DNA of 64,000 nucleotides from Candidatus Fraserbacteria bacterium. GTDB lineage: Bacteria > Bipolaricaulota > Bipolaricaulia > RBG-16-55-9 > DRXL01. This document shows positions 1 to 9,802 of this stretch, piece by piece. Below the pieces are notes generated by a model. That model saw only the letters and a program-made list of their open reading frames with translations. It was not told the DNA's origin and searched no databases. The stretch is from assembly GCA_947085185.1 (NCBI GenBank), contig CAMTVK010000021.1, positions 64,001 through 128,000 of the forward strand, in the 5' to 3' direction. Position 1 is the first letter of the stretch. Each line of letters opens with the position of its first letter. Position numbers and translations under genes: made by a program.

Positions 1-1091
1 CTCGAAATAGTTTTGGGACTAGCCTCGGCAGTTAAGCCGTGGGGGTAGAGCACTGGATGGATGCGGGGCAACCCAATTCCAACCAAACTCCGAATACCAT
101 GGCGCACCTGCCGGGAGTCAGACGATAGGGGATAACCTTTATCGTCGAGAGGGAAACGGCCCAGATCGTCGGCTAAGGCCCCAAAGACCGAGCTAAGTCA
201 GGAAGGATGTGCCCCTGCTTAGACAGCTGGGAGGTTGGCTTAGAAGCAGCCATCCTTTAAAGAGTGCGTAATAGCTCACCAGTCGAGCGGGAGTGCGCCC
301 AAGATTCAGCGGGAGTTAAGCTCGGCGCCGAAGCCACGGGAGAGTCTCCGTCTCCGACGGAGGCTACGGTAGAGGAGCATTCCGCCTTAGGCCGAAGTCG
401 TGCCGGAAGGCACGGCGGACGAAGCGGAAGAGAGAATGCAGGAATGAGTAGCGCGAGGTGAGCGAGAAACTCACCCACCGTAAGTCTCAGGGTTCCTGGG
501 GAAGGCTCATCCACCCAGGGTTAGGCGGCCCTAAGCTCAACCCGCAAGGGGTAGGCGATGGACAGCCGGTTAATATTCCGGCCCCTCTCTGTGGCGATGA
601 CCAAAGGGGGGACGCATCAGGTCGCTTCAGCGGGCGGACGGATGTGCCCGTGTCAAAGACGAGGCATCCGGGCGTAGGCAAATCCGCGCCCGGGTCAAGT
701 CGAGTCGAGACGGAGGTCCTACGGGACCGAAGGAAGAGCGATCAGGTGCCGAGAAAATCCTCTAGGGAGCCACAGAGAGCCCGTACCGCAATCCGACACA
801 GGTAGACGGGCAGAGTATGCTCAGGTGGGCGAGAGAACCATGGTCAAGGAACTCGGCAAAATGCTCCCGTACGTTCGCAAGAAGGGAGGCCCCGCGTAGG
901 GCAGCGATGTCCGAGGGGGCCGCAGAGAGCAGGCTGGGGAGACTGTTTATCAAAAACACAGCACCCTGCTAACTCGAAAGAGGACGTATAGGGTGTGAGA
1001 CCTGGCCACTGCTGGAAGGTCAAGGGGAGGGGTTCACGCCCCAAACTGAAGCCCCAGCGAAGGCCGGCGGTAACTATAACTGTCCTAAGGT

Positions 1092-1362
1092 TCAAAGCGA
1101 GCCTTAGTAAAACCCGGCTATATGCTGGAAACTCCGGTGAGTATCCCACGCTACCTTCTCTACATGGCGAAGGTGACAATGCGATGGGTGCGGACAACCA
1201 GCAGGAAAGGTTGCCGCTTGAACGGCAACTTCCTCAGAGACTGTACGCCGGGCTCCGCGAAGAGCGGATGAAGATACAGTCCGAGCTGCACGGCGACGTG
1301 CAGAGTCTGGTTCGCGCCAGACCGCCTTGCCAAAAGCAAGGTCAACCAAAGTAACAGATCTG
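1092..1362 (+). mobile_element. Group I intron at 23S position ~L1931 (IB-like core), ORF-less, 271 nt
   Basis: Splits CCTAAGGT^AGCGAAA. Exon ends in U, intron ends in G. P1: CTAAGGT pairs with GCCTTAG (1101-1107), U.G at the splice site. Core motifs TATGCTGGAAA, AACCAGCAGG, TCAGAGACTG, AAGATACAGTCC. Confidence 0.93.
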
Positions 1363-1382
1363 AGCGAAATTCCTTGTCGGGT

Positions 1383-1719
1383 AAGTTCAGTTGCCCGTAC
1401 CGGCTTATAACGGTGAAGCCCTCACTCGTTGCGGTCGCAAGGAGCCGTGCTCAAGAGTGGGTAACACCGTGGGAAGTCGGACTCAAGAGAGTCTTGACCC
1501 CGTAACGACTGAGGTCGCAAGACCGAGATAGCAGCCCTGTCTCGACAGAGACAAATTTAAGCTGCTATAATACGCCGGCACTGCTTTGAGTTTGCTTGGC
1601 CAGTGAGGTGAGGTCGAGATCATCGAGCTGATCTTCACCATTAACACTGGCAAGCGGAAATATCCAAAAGAAGCAGTGAAGATATAGTCTACGCCTCTGG
1701 AGAACAGAGGGAGAACGTG
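1383..1719 (+). mobile_element. Group I intron at 23S position ~L1951 (IA3-like core), ORF-less, 337 nt
   Basis: Splits GTCGGGT^AAGTTCCGAC. P1: CGGGT pairs with GCCCG (1393-1397). Core CGGTGAAGCCC..GGGTAACACCG, GTAACGACT, extra P7.1/P7.2 hairpins, AAGATATAGTCT. Terminal G at 1719. Confidence 0.92.
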
Positions 1720-2030
1720 AAGTTCCGACGCGCATGAATGGTATAACTATCCCAGCGCTGTCTTGACCATGGGCTCGGTGAAATTGAAGCACCGGTGAAA
1801 ACGCCGGTGACTCGCGGCAGGACGGAAAGACCCCGTGGAGCTTTACTGGAACTTGGCATTGGGTCTCGACGTTCGTTGTGTAGGATAGGTGGGAGCCGGA
1901 GAAGTCTCCGCGCTAGCGGGGATGGAGGCGTCCTTGAAATACCACCCTTCGTTCGTTGCGACTCTAACCCACGGCTGTACAGCAGTCGGGGGACCGTGCT
2001 AGGTGGACAGTTTAACTGGGGCGGTTGCCT

Positions 2031-2932
2031 CAACAGTGGGGCAACGCAAATCCGGCTATATGCTGGGAAGTCCGTCCCCTCACAGGGGTGCAGTGTCCGG
2101 CGCTACTAGTCTGAGACTAGTGAAAACGCGCGCGGCGCGGACAATCAGCAGGGAAGTCTTGGGAAGACCCCTCAACGACTGCACGCCGGACGGCACAGGT
2201 GTGCCGATGATACAGTCTGAACTTCCCGGCGACGGGAAGCCGTCTTAGGACGGGGTTCGGTCTAAAGAGGTGAGCTGCGTGCGGTCTCGACAGATCGAGA
2301 TGTATAAGCAGAAGCTCGCCCTCACAGATATCCAACGAGAGATACTCGTTGGCCTGCTGCTTGGCGATGCCTGCCTTGAAACACAGAATCGGGGCAGGAC
2401 CTATAGGCTCAAGATCGAGCACAGCGTTGCTCAAGCCCAGTATGTGCAGCACCTCTATGAAGTTTTTCGGGAGTGGGTGCTGGGTGGACCGCAGGTCAAG
2501 AGCCAACGGATCGCGGGCAAGATCTATCACAAGCTGTGGTTCAATACTGTGAGCCATAGCGCCTTCCGATTCTATGCTCAGCAGTTCTATCGGAACGGGG
2601 TGAAAGTCGTGCCTAAGCTGATCCATCGGTTTCTGACTGCACGGGGCTTGGCATACTGGTTCATGGACGATGGCTCGATCAAGTCGAAGGAGTCCAAAGC
2701 AGTGCTCTTCAACACCCAGGGTTTTGGCAACCACGATATAGCCAGGCTCATTGGGGTGTTGCAAGGGAAGTTTGGGCTGGAGGCCAAGCGCAGGTCTCAG
2801 CCGGAAGGGCAGCAGATCTATCTCTCTGGGAGATCCTATGAGCGTTTCTGTACGCTCGTCGAACCCTATGTGATCCCCCAGATGCGCTACAAGCTGCCTG
2901 AAAAAAGAAGCAGACCGAACTTAACGGAATTG
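2031..2932 (+). mobile_element. Group I intron at 23S position ~L2262 (IB-like core) with homing endonuclease ORF, 902 nt
   Basis: Splits GCGGTTGCCT^CCTAAAGAGTAACGG. P1: GTTGCCT pairs with GGGCAAC. Core TATGCTGGGAA, AATCAGCAGG, TCAACGACTG, ATGATACAGTCT. Terminal G at 2932. Confidence 0.93.
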
Positions 2933-2944
2933 CCTAAAGAGTAA
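2270..2944 (+). CDS. Double-motif LAGLIDADG homing endonuclease (I-SceI-like, LAGLIDADG_2)
   Basis: Motifs LVGLLLGDACL and LAYWFMDDGS. Lies downstream of the intron core. Start uncertain (GTG 2270 or ATG 2300). Confidence 0.92.
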   Translation: MSCVRSRQIEMYKQKLALTDIQREILVGLLLGDACLETQNRGRTYRLKIEHSVAQAQYVQHLYEVFREWVLGGPQVKSQRIAGKIYHKLWFNTVSHSAFRFYAQQFYRNGVKVVPKLIHRFLTARGLAYWFMDDGSIKSKESKAVLFNTQGFGNHDIARLIGVLQGKFGLEAKRRSQPEGQQIYLSGRSYERFCTLVEPYVIPQMRYKLPEKRSRPNLTELPKE

Positions 2945-3096
2945 CGGAGGCGCGCAAAGGTCGGCTCAGCCGGGTTGGCGATCCGGCGGGGAGTGCATGG
3001 GCATAAGCCGGCTTGACTGTGACCCCGACAGGGGGAACAGGTGCGAAAGCAGGCCCAAGTGACCCGGTGGCTCTGTGTGGAAGGGCCATCGATCAT

Positions 3097-3127
<31 letters not shown>

Positions 3128-3614
3128 AGTACCGCCCGAGAGTACACATCGACGGCGGTGTTCGGCACCTCGATGTCGGCTCAACTCATCCTGGGGCTGA
3201 AGCAGGTCCCAAGGGTCCGTCTGTTCGCCGGTTAAAGAGTTACGTGAGCTGGGTTCAGACCGTCGCAAGACAGGTCGGTCCATATCCGCCGCGAGCGCAA
3301 GAGGCTTGAGGGGCACTCTCCCTAGTACGAGAGGACCGGGAGGGCTGGACCTCTGGTGTACCAGCTGTTCTGCCAAGAGCACCGCTGGGTAGCTATGTCC
3401 GGACGGGATAAGCGCTGAAGGCATCTAAGCGCGAAGCCCACCCCAAGATGAGGCCTCTGAGAGCCCTGGGAGAACACCAGGTTGATAGGCCGCAGGTGTA
3501 CGCGCAGCAATGCGTTCAGCCGAGCGGTCCTAATCGCTCCGTCGTTTGCGCGACGCACTCTATTCACTTTTGAGGGATCGAGGCGCCTGGGGGGCGTGGC
3601 GGTCCCTAAGAGAT

Positions 3615-3734
3615 TTCAGGTGGCCCAATAGCGGCGGGGAAACACCCGTTCCCATCCCGAACACGGCCGTTAAGCCCGCCTGCGCCGATGGTAGTGGGCT
3701 CGCGAGGGCCCGCAAGAGTAGGGCGCCGCCTGGA
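3615..3734 (+). rRNA. rrf: 5S rRNA
   Basis: CACCCGTTCCCATCCCGAACACGG..GTTAAG..GCCGATGGTAG motifs, paired termini, directly after 23S. Confidence 0.96.
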
Positions 3735-3789
3735 TTTTTTTCTGAGCAAAGTCATGGTGTCAGTGGCTCGATTGCAAGCATACCTTCGC

Positions 3790-4134
3790 CATAGTGCTCA
3801 ACAGCAATAAGAATTGGGATCTGAAATCGAAAATCTTGTGCTGCGAGGCGTCTTGGAGAATCTCTTCACTTTTGATGGTCGGCTGGGACATGAGATCGTA
3901 TTTGTGTACGAAGGCGAGCTTGTAGATAAGTCTCTGTACGCCCTTGATCAATTCCAAGCCCAAGAGAACGGGCAGCCGTTCATGGCGATCTGGCTCGATC
4001 TGAAGGAGCTAGGAACAGGCGCGCTCGAGCTCGTCCCTGAAGGGCTTCTTCCCTTAGTACAAGGCGGGACAGGCGAAGAGTACCGCCCATCTTCCCAGAC
4101 TTCCCCAAGAGCAGCCGCTCCATCGGGCGTGTAG
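3790..4134 (+). pseudogene. NUDIX hydrolase remnant (C-terminal half)
   Basis: ELGSEIENL..GVLENLFTFDG..GHEIVFVY resembles the post-Nudix-box region. An in-frame TAA lies just upstream and there is no recognisable N-terminus. Confidence 0.6.
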
Positions 4135-4260
4135 ACCCGCTCTTCGCCCCGGCGGTCCAAGGTCTTGGGTCTTCTCCCGTTCCGAAGGAGCCGGATGGCG
4201 GACTATGGTAACCGGTCGGTAACAGTTTCAATGAGTCAACTCGCCCCCTTGCCCATTCCC
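4066..4260 (-). ncRNA. Candidate ~195-nt structured ncRNA (6S-like size, family unassigned)
   Basis: On the minus strand the 5' end GGGAATGGGCAAGGGG pairs with the 3' end CTCTTCGCCTGTCCC using G.U pairs. Further internal stems are present, and a TATAGT -10-like box lies just upstream. Confidence 0.35.
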
Positions 4261-4307
4261 CACACTATACGCTATAATCTTTCAAATTCTCTAGTGCCGG
4301 AGGTGCT

Positions 4308-5090
4308 ATGAGCTCGGAGGTCTTGCTCGAGGTGCGCGAGCTCGTGAAAGACTTTGGCGGCCTGCGCGCCGTCAACAAGTGCTCTCTCGCAGTGAAGCGC
4401 GGCACGATCACAGGCTTGATCGGCCCAAACGGCGCGGGCAAGACCACGCTGTTTAATCTCATCACGGGCTTCTACAAGCCCGATAGCGGGCACGTGATAT
4501 TCCGGGGGGAAGAGATCACGGGATTACCTCCTCATCGAATCTTTCACAAGGGGCTCTGCCGCACCTTCCAGATCCCTCGGGAATTCAAGCAGATGACGGT
4601 CCTGGAGAACTTAATGTTGGTGCCGGCGGGGCAGCGCGGAGAGAATATCTTCTACTCATGGTTTCTGCCCCATCTGGTGCGCCGCCAAGAGCGCGAGATT
4701 CGCGAGAAAGCGCTCTCGGTCTTAGAGTTCGTCAATCTTATTCACTTGAAAGACGAGTATGCGGGGAACCTCTCAGGGGGGCAGAAGAAGCTCTTGGAGC
4801 TCGCGCGCACACTGATGGCTGACCCCCAGTTGGTCTTATTAGACGAGCCCGGTGCGGGGGTCAATCCCACTCTGATGAAGCGCCTAGCAGCGAATATTCA
4901 ATATCTGTGCGAGGAGAAAGGCATTACTTTCTTATTGATCGAGCATGACATGGACTTGGTGATGAATCTCTGCAATCCCGTCATTGTAATGAGCGAGGGG
5001 AGCAAGCTCGCGGAGGGCACCCCCGAGGAGATCAAAAAGAATCAGAGCGTCTTAGAGGCTTATCTGGGAGGGCAGTATGTCGCCCAATAA
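4308..5090 (+). CDS. livG: Branched-chain amino acid ABC transporter ATP-binding protein (LivG-like)
   Basis: Walker A GPNGAGKTT, LSGGQ signature, LLDEP. Confidence 0.9.
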   Translation: MSSEVLLEVRELVKDFGGLRAVNKCSLAVKRGTITGLIGPNGAGKTTLFNLITGFYKPDSGHVIFRGEEITGLPPHRIFHKGLCRTFQIPREFKQMTVLENLMLVPAGQRGENIFYSWFLPHLVRRQEREIREKALSVLEFVNLIHLKDEYAGNLSGGQKKLLELARTLMADPQLVLLDEPGAGVNPTLMKRLAANIQYLCEEKGITFLLIEHDMDLVMNLCNPVIVMSEGSKLAEGTPEEIKKNQSVLEAYLGGQYVAQ

Positions 5091-5829
5091 TACAGTTAGC
5101 AAGTTGGCAAGTTGGCAAGTTGGCAAGAATTTGCTCAAGGTTGAAAAAGTCACCGGCGGCTACGGCGATATGGAGGTGCTCCACGAGGTTTCCATTGAAG
5201 TGAAAGAAGGCGAGATCGTCTCGATCATCGGCCCTAACGGGGCAGGCAAATCAACTCTGATGAAGATGATCTTCGGTCTGCTTCGTCCCTGGCAGGGACA
5301 CATCTCTTTTAACGGCAGAGAGATCACGGGGTTGGAACCCGATCGAATCGTGCGCCTTGGATTATGCTACGTGCCCCAGATCGAGAACGTCTTTCCTTCG
5401 CTGACCGTGCAAGAGAATTTAGAGATGGGGGCCTTTATTTTAGACGGCGATATCACAGATAGATTGGAGCGGGTTTTTGCTCTCTTTCCATTACTCAAAG
5501 AACGTCGCAAGCAGCGGGTGGGCAAGATGTCCGGAGGGGAGCGTCAGATGGTGGCCATGGGGCGTGCGCTCATGCTTGACCCCAAATTATTATTGCTCGA
5601 TGAGCCCTCGGCGGGCCTGGCGCCCAAGCTCGTGGAGATGATCTTCGAAAAGATTTTAGAGATTAACAAGAGCGGAGTAGCGCTCTTAATCGTGGAGCAG
5701 AACGCCAAGAAATCACTAGAGCTAGCCCATCGCGGCTATGTGCTGGCCAACGGACAGAACCGCTTCGAAGGCACGGGCAAAGAATTATTAAACAATCCCG
5801 ACGTGGGGCGGCTGTATCTGGGGGGCTGA
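5077..5829 (+). CDS. livF: Branched-chain amino acid ABC transporter ATP-binding protein (LivF-like)
   Basis: GPNGAGKST, MSGGERQM, LLDEPSAGLAP, VEQNA. The start may instead be TTG 5131. Confidence 0.9.
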   Translation: MSPNNTVSKLASWQVGKNLLKVEKVTGGYGDMEVLHEVSIEVKEGEIVSIIGPNGAGKSTLMKMIFGLLRPWQGHISFNGREITGLEPDRIVRLGLCYVPQIENVFPSLTVQENLEMGAFILDGDITDRLERVFALFPLLKERRKQRVGKMSGGERQMVAMGRALMLDPKLLLLDEPSAGLAPKLVEMIFEKILEINKSGVALLIVEQNAKKSLELAHRGYVLANGQNRFEGTGKELLNNPDVGRLYLGG

Positions 5830-6888
5830 ATGAAGCGCAAGTCTAATCCCGCGGCAGCCCAGATAGAGAGACGGGCGCGCTATGAGCTTGGTCTCAGGGG
5901 CCTCAAAAAGGCGTTGGGGGCGCTTTTGTTGGCGGCGCTTATAGGACTGTTAGTCTGGGCTGCGCGGATCCAGGGAACCAGCGCCGAGCTACTGCTGTCG
6001 CTTAGCGTCTGGGGGGTGATGCTGGGCAGCATCATCGCTTTGGGTGCAATCGGGCTGTCTTTAGTTTATGGGGTTTTGCGGTTTGCCAACTTCGCCCATG
6101 GGGACCTGATGACGGTGGGGGCCTATGCGGCTTTTGCCATCATGCCCCTCTTGCCTCAGGGGGCGCCGCTGGCGCCTTTTTCATTCGGCTGGGAGTTTTT
6201 AGTGGCGCTGCTTTTGGCCATGCCGATCGCGGGGCTGGTGGCCTTTGGGGCAGATCGGGTGCTTTATAAGCCGTTGCGAAGGCGGAGAAGCTCTTCGGTG
6301 ATCTTAGCGATGGCCTCGCTGGGAGCGGCCTTCTTTGTGAGAAGCATAATCTATTTGGCTTGGGGGGCCGACTTTGAGTTCTATTATCAGCGGCCGAGAC
6401 CCGCGCTCGAGCTGCCCTTAGGCGTTCGGGTCCGGCCGGATCAGTTCTTCATTCTTGGGCTGGCCCTGCTTTTGATTTTTTTGATCTATCTTTTGCTCGA
6501 GAGAACCAAGATGGGCAAGGCGATGCGGGCCACGGCGGACAACCCCGAGCTGGCTCGTGTCACGGGCATTAACACCGAGCGCGTGATTCTGTGGACGTGG
6601 GTAATCGGAGGGGCGCTGGCCGGGGCCGGCGGGGTGATGCTCGCCCTCGATTCGTCGCTTCGCCCAGAGATGGGCTGGTCCTTCCTTTTGCCGATGTTCG
6701 CCGCCGTCATCTTAGGCAGCATCGGCAACCCTTATGGAGCACTAGTAGGCGGACTGATCATCGGGGTCGTGATTCAAGTCTCGGCCGCCTTCTTAAACCC
6801 CGCCTACGGGCCGGGAGTGGCCTTTCTCATCATGATCATCATTCTCTTAGTGCGCCCCCAGGGGATCTTCGGCAAACCGGGAGGTTAA
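5830..6888 (+). CDS. livH: Branched-chain amino acid ABC permease (LivH-like)
   Basis: GLSLVYGVLRFANFAHGD, GKAMRATADN, multiple TM helices. Confidence 0.9.
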   Translation: MKRKSNPAAAQIERRARYELGLRGLKKALGALLLAALIGLLVWAARIQGTSAELLLSLSVWGVMLGSIIALGAIGLSLVYGVLRFANFAHGDLMTVGAYAAFAIMPLLPQGAPLAPFSFGWEFLVALLLAMPIAGLVAFGADRVLYKPLRRRRSSSVILAMASLGAAFFVRSIIYLAWGADFEFYYQRPRPALELPLGVRVRPDQFFILGLALLLIFLIYLLLERTKMGKAMRATADNPELARVTGINTERVILWTWVIGGALAGAGGVMLALDSSLRPEMGWSFLLPMFAAVILGSIGNPYGALVGGLIIGVVIQVSAAFLNPAYGPGVAFLIMIIILLVRPQGIFGKPGG

Positions 6889-6892
6889 TTGA

Positions 6893-8089
6893 ATGGAACC
6901 TATCGTGAAGATCTTTCTCATCGCGATTCCGCTGGCTATCCTAGCTGGGCGTCTCCTCCCTCTGAAGTGGGTTTGGCGGCTGCCGCTTGGGGCCGCCATC
7001 GGCTTGGGTTTAGCCTTCCTCTTCACTTGGCTGGTGCCCCCAGGGATCACAGCCTATCTGGTCTCGTTTGCGATCATGGCCTCTATCTTTGCGATCTTCA
7101 GCCTGGGGCTCAACGTGCAGTGGGGCTACACGGGGCTGTTTAATATTGGGATTGCGGGCTTCTTTGCCATTGGGGCCTTCACATCGGCCTTGTTTACGAA
7201 GGCCATGCCTCCCCCTGAACTCGCGCCTTGGGTCAAACAGGCCTTCGGGCTAGAGATGCCGTTTTTAGTAGGGGTTTTAGCTGCCGCGGTCGTCTCAGGC
7301 CTAATTGCTCTCCTCATCGGGATCCCCACGCTCAAACTTCGCGAGGACTATTTGGCCATTGCCACCATCGGGATCGCGGAGATTATTCGTTTGATCTTTC
7401 AGAACGAGCGCTGGTTGGCCAACGGCCCCCAGCCCTTGATCGGCATCCCCCAGCCGCTGTACTGTCTCGTGCAGGATCCCCCGTGCGCTTGGCTACCCGC
7501 GCCCTTGCAAACTTTGTTTGCGCCCCTGGAGCCTCGTGACTACACCTACATCTATCTCGCGATTGTGGTGCTCTTTGTGGTACTCATTTATTTAGCCATC
7601 GAGCGGGCCATTCGATCTCCCTGGGGGCGAGTGCTCAGAGCCATCCGCGAAGAAGAGACTTCTGCCGCCATGAGTGGCAAGGCGATTTTCGCCTTCAAGA
7701 TGCAGGCTTTGATCATCGGGGCCATGATCATGGGGATGGGCGGGGCGCTCTATGCCCACTACATTGCCTCGATCGACTATGGGCACTTCACCCCGCTCTA
7801 TGCCACATTTATTATTTGGGTCATGCTGATGCTGGGGGGCAGCGGCAACAACAAAGGGGCCATGTTGGGGGCATTCGTCATCTGGGGGGTGTGGATGGGC
7901 AGCGCGTTTCTCACGGATTGGCTGCGGCCACTTTTGCAGGCCATCTCGCCCGATCTACCTGCCCGCAGCCCCTATATTCGCTATCTTTTGATTGCGGTGC
8001 TTTTGGAGCTTATTTTGCTCTTTCGGCCCCAGGGGCTTTTAGTGGAGGAAAAGCGGGTGTCAAAGCTCCTCGAAGAGAAACGGGGCTGA
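6893..8089 (+). CDS. livM: Branched-chain amino acid ABC permease (LivM-like)
   Basis: GLNVQWGYTG, LREDYLAIAT, SPWGRVLRAIRE. Confidence 0.9.
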   Translation: MEPIVKIFLIAIPLAILAGRLLPLKWVWRLPLGAAIGLGLAFLFTWLVPPGITAYLVSFAIMASIFAIFSLGLNVQWGYTGLFNIGIAGFFAIGAFTSALFTKAMPPPELAPWVKQAFGLEMPFLVGVLAAAVVSGLIALLIGIPTLKLREDYLAIATIGIAEIIRLIFQNERWLANGPQPLIGIPQPLYCLVQDPPCAWLPAPLQTLFAPLEPRDYTYIYLAIVVLFVVLIYLAIERAIRSPWGRVLRAIREEETSAAMSGKAIFAFKMQALIIGAMIMGMGGALYAHYIASIDYGHFTPLYATFIIWVMLMLGGSGNNKGAMLGAFVIWGVWMGSAFLTDWLRPLLQAISPDLPARSPYIRYLLIAVLLELILLFRPQGLLVEEKRVSKLLEEKRG

Positions 8090-8187
8090 AGTCAGCGCAC
8101 CCACAGCATCGCCACGCTTATGATAGGCCAGATCGCGAATGAGCTGCTTTGCCGGAGGATTGGAGAAGCTTTGGGTAAGAAAACCAA

Positions 8188-8215
8188 AGCGGGGGCCTCG
8201 CTTGAGACCCCCGCT
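8188..8215. terminator. Hairpin between convergent genes, probable intrinsic terminator
   Basis: AGCGGGGG..CCCCCGCT stem, followed by T-rich sequence on the minus strand. Confidence 0.55.
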
Positions 8216-8247
8216 CACTCGATTCCGTCCGTTGGGTCTATTTGAGC

Positions 8248-9561
8248 TTACTCCGGCGGGATCTCGTCGGCCTTTCTGATTAGCACCGTCTTGATGGTGC
8301 CGCCGGTGTACATCCAGATCGCTTGAGGCGTGACCACGTCGCCGTTTTTGTCGAAGTCCTGCTCTCCCGCCGCGCCGGAGTAGTTAATGTCTGCCGGTGG
8401 CGTCTTCTTAAGCTCATCGAAGGCTTTCTTGAACTCGTCTACGCCCACAATCGCCCCAGGCGGGTTAGAGACGATGCGCAGCCGGTCACGCAGAGCCGTC
8501 CCCGTAATGGCAGCTCTGTCTACGATGGCCTTGGCGATAGAGAGCCCGATGACCGCCACGGCGTCGTAGGCCGAGTCCATGAAGGGCAACGGAGGCTTGG
8601 TGCCATACTTCTTCTCATAAGCCCCTGAGAACGCCTTGAAGCCTCCCCGCTCGGGGTCGGAACCTGGAGACGTCCCCAGCTTGCCTTCTAAGTCCTTGGC
8701 TCCGATCGCCTTGATGATCTCCTCTGACTGCGTGCCGTCCACAAACTGCCAGCTCGTGTATTTGAAGATGTCGCGGGACTCCTTCAAGTAGACGGTGGCA
8801 TGGCCCGGATAGCCGATGGCCAAGAGCACTTCGGGATCGTCCTTTAAGGCCAGTGCTAGCTCTGACGTGTAAGTGGGCTTGGGCTCCTCAGGGTGAGGCA
8901 CCTGAGCCGTCACCACGCCGCCCCTAAGCTGGAAGGAGCGAGCGAAGACGTTGCTCAACCCCTGGCCGTATGGGTTGTTCACGTATATCGTCGCAGCGGT
9001 CCTGTACTTCTTGCCGATGGGCAGGAACTCGCCGCGGGCCAGCTGGGCGGCTACGACGCCCTGAAACGCATCGGAGGCTGTGGTGCGGAACAGAAAATCT
9101 TGGCCCACATCGGCGGGCAGGATGGTGATGAGCGGCGAAGTGGATGCGGGTGAGATTTGCAACACCTTATTCGGGATCGTCACTGTCGTGGCAATAGGGA
9201 TGGTCACACCGCTGGCGAGTGAGCCCACGATGGCCGGAACCTTATCGACCTCCACGAGCTTCTTGGCCTTGTCAACGCCGATGGCCGCTGTGGTGCCTGA
9301 GTCCTCGTGGATCAGCCTGATGATCGGTCCGCCGAGGACGGCTCTGGCGGCTTCGTTGATCTGCTCCGCTGCCAGCTCAGCAGCGTTGCGGAAGGGCGGG
9401 CCGAACTCTGCCAACGCTCCCGTATAGTCAAATAGCGTACCCACGGGCACGACCGGCGGCTGGGCGGCGAAGATCGGCCCTCGCAAGACCCCGCTCAACG
9501 TGGCCGTCCCAACAGCAAGCCCAATCCCCTTCAAGAACGTACGGCGTTTGAGAGCTTTCAT
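8248..9561 (-). CDS. Tat-exported ABC substrate-binding protein (LivK-like)
   Basis: Twin-arginine signal KRRTFLK; periplasmic binding-protein motifs (ISPASTS, FLFRT, YDAV). Confidence 0.88.
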   Translation of the reverse strand: MKALKRRTFLKGIGLAVGTATLSGVLRGPIFAAQPPVVPVGTLFDYTGALAEFGPPFRNAAELAAEQINEAARAVLGGPIIRLIHEDSGTTAAIGVDKAKKLVEVDKVPAIVGSLASGVTIPIATTVTIPNKVLQISPASTSPLITILPADVGQDFLFRTTASDAFQGVVAAQLARGEFLPIGKKYRTAATIYVNNPYGQGLSNVFARSFQLRGGVVTAQVPHPEEPKPTYTSELALALKDDPEVLLAIGYPGHATVYLKESRDIFKYTSWQFVDGTQSEEIIKAIGAKDLEGKLGTSPGSDPERGGFKAFSGAYEKKYGTKPPLPFMDSAYDAVAVIGLSIAKAIVDRAAITGTALRDRLRIVSNPPGAIVGVDEFKKAFDELKKTPPADINYSGAAGEQDFDKNGDVVTPQAIWMYTGGTIKTVLIRKADEIPPE

Positions 9562-9802
9562 CAAAACACCCCCTAAAGTTTTGGCGTTGGAGCCGTCGAG
9601 CACCGCAAAAAATAACTACACTCAGATTCCTCCATTATTTTTTGCCAACCACCTCCTGGCATCTGATTTTCGTCAGCTGTTCTTCCGGCGCTCGACGGCT
9701 TTTTGAGTGAGCAATATTATATATCTGTCCCTTTGGGGAGTCAAGACCCCCCCTGAGCGTCATTTGCTAGTTGAGCCTCGGCTATGCTATGCTTAAATAT
9801 CA

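Noticed and set aside
4150..4225. FMN riboswitch-like words on the minus strand (ACCGAC..AGTCCG..GGGAGAAG)
   Set aside because: The 5' half of the aptamer is missing and no flavin gene lies downstream.
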